Assembly: GCA_951406725.2 (NCBI GenBank)
Contig: OX597822.1
Location: 70,618,001 to 70,682,000, forward strand
DNA: 64,000 bases
From: Octopus vulgaris
Lineage: Eukaryota
Direction of reading: 5' to 3'
Part shown: one piece after another, positions 62,927-64,000 of the stretch
Numbering within the stretch: position 1 is the stretch's first letter
Layout: each line of letters begins with the position of its first letter
Position numbers and translations under genes: made by a program
Notes under the pieces: generated by a model
Database searches by the model: none
The model's input: only the letters and a program-made list of their open reading frames with translations
Told to the model about the DNA's origin: nothing

Positions 62927-63591
62927 CCACATCACAAAATAATTGTCTAATTACATTATTTCACTTAAGTTGAGAACTAATCCCCTCTATCTTTCTGCCA
63001 TTCTTTAACACTTTCTGGAACATTTATATTAATTTTATTTATTTATTTATTTATTTTCACCAATCTTTTATAATGTATCAATATTTAAGATGTCACTTGG
63101 TAAATATAGCTGTGATCTTTTCTCAGTTTTCGACTGCTTTTGTACAAATTATTTCACCTGAAGTAGGAAAATAGCTAACAAAAATAAATAAATACAAAGA
63201 AACAGTTTGTGAAAAATTTTTTTCCTTCTATTACTGGTGCTGTCAGGTTGGTAAGAAATCATTATGTCCTCAAACTTGTTTTGATAAACTACTCGCCATG
63301 TTGAAATTTATGCAAAAGATCTGCAAATAACGATTCTTATTCACTGAAAAATCACATTTTCCAAATATTGCTAAAGTTATAAGAAATTGTGATAAATACC
63401 TATATTTCTTCTACATTTACTCTCGATATCATATTCTGCAGTGCTAAATACAATAGTAACCACACTACTTTACTGGAAGCAGATAGGACAGTGATACTCA
63501 GCAGGCATGATCCCTGAGGTTACAGGGTCAGAAAGAAATACAATTCCAGGAGAAAATGGCATAATAACATCATTTAGAAGGGCACCTTTCT

Positions 63592-64000
63592 AAATAATCG
63601 GTCTCTTTTTCTGAACTGCTAAGCTATGGGTATGTGAACACACCAGCGTTGGTTGTTGAGCAGTGTTGCAGGGACAAACACAGACACATGTACAACAGGC
63701 TTCTTTCAGTTTTCTTCTACTACATCCACTCACAAGGCTTTGGTTGGCCTGAGGCTGTAGTTTAAGACACTTACCCAAGGTACCACGCAGTGGGAATGAA
63801 CCCAGAACCATGTGATTGGTAAGCAAGCTACTTACCACACAACCACTCCTGCACCTATGGTCATTTTTATTATTTTTAGGCCAGCCTCATGGAGGCAATG
63901 ACCAAGACCTTTGGCATTATGTTGTGCTTGAATAGAAGACCCATCAAGCTGAGCAAAATCACAGTTGTGGCAGATACCGGAGTCCTTCGAGCCCTTCTCC
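63592..64000. mobile_element. SINE A (minus, 63592-63857) plus RTE 3' fragment (plus, 63880-64000); copy 2 of local duplication
   Basis: Colinear with 62360-62770, including the non-repeat spacer. Confidence 0.88.

Noticed and set aside
256-63838. Most of the ORFs in the supplied track
   Set aside because: They are translations of (CA/TG/TA/CT)n microsatellites or of SINE A/B bodies (recurring FQSFDCGHAGAPP, EAIVEDTCPRCH peptides), often with non-ATG starts. They are not genes.

Overview
AT-rich, microsatellite-dense eukaryotic DNA. The SINE families and RTE tails look like those of octopus (coleoid cephalopod); this is inferred from repeat recognition, not from a database search. Almost all ORFs in the supplied track are microsatellite or SINE artefacts. 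The window reads best as long introns of one large, unidentified + strand gene with very small exons. The best exon candidates are an 8-nt microexon (17026-17033), a 49-nt exon (31883-31931) and a 97/145-nt R/D-rich exon with two in-frame donors (50643-50739/50787). Weaker candidates are an 11-nt microexon, an 84-nt exon and several short ATG-to-donor first exons whose phases fit together. The rest is transposon debris: about 35 tRNA-derived SINE copies or fragments, 5'-truncated RTE LINEs, an internally deleted mariner with both TIRs and TA duplications, TTAA (piggyBac-type) MITEs, hAT MITE ends and Penelope-like remnants, one carrying a decayed minimal hammerhead ribozyme. No intact protein-coding gene, tRNA, rRNA or CRISPR array is supportable. 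Repeat boundaries were read by eye and are approximate unless a TSD or TIR is quoted.
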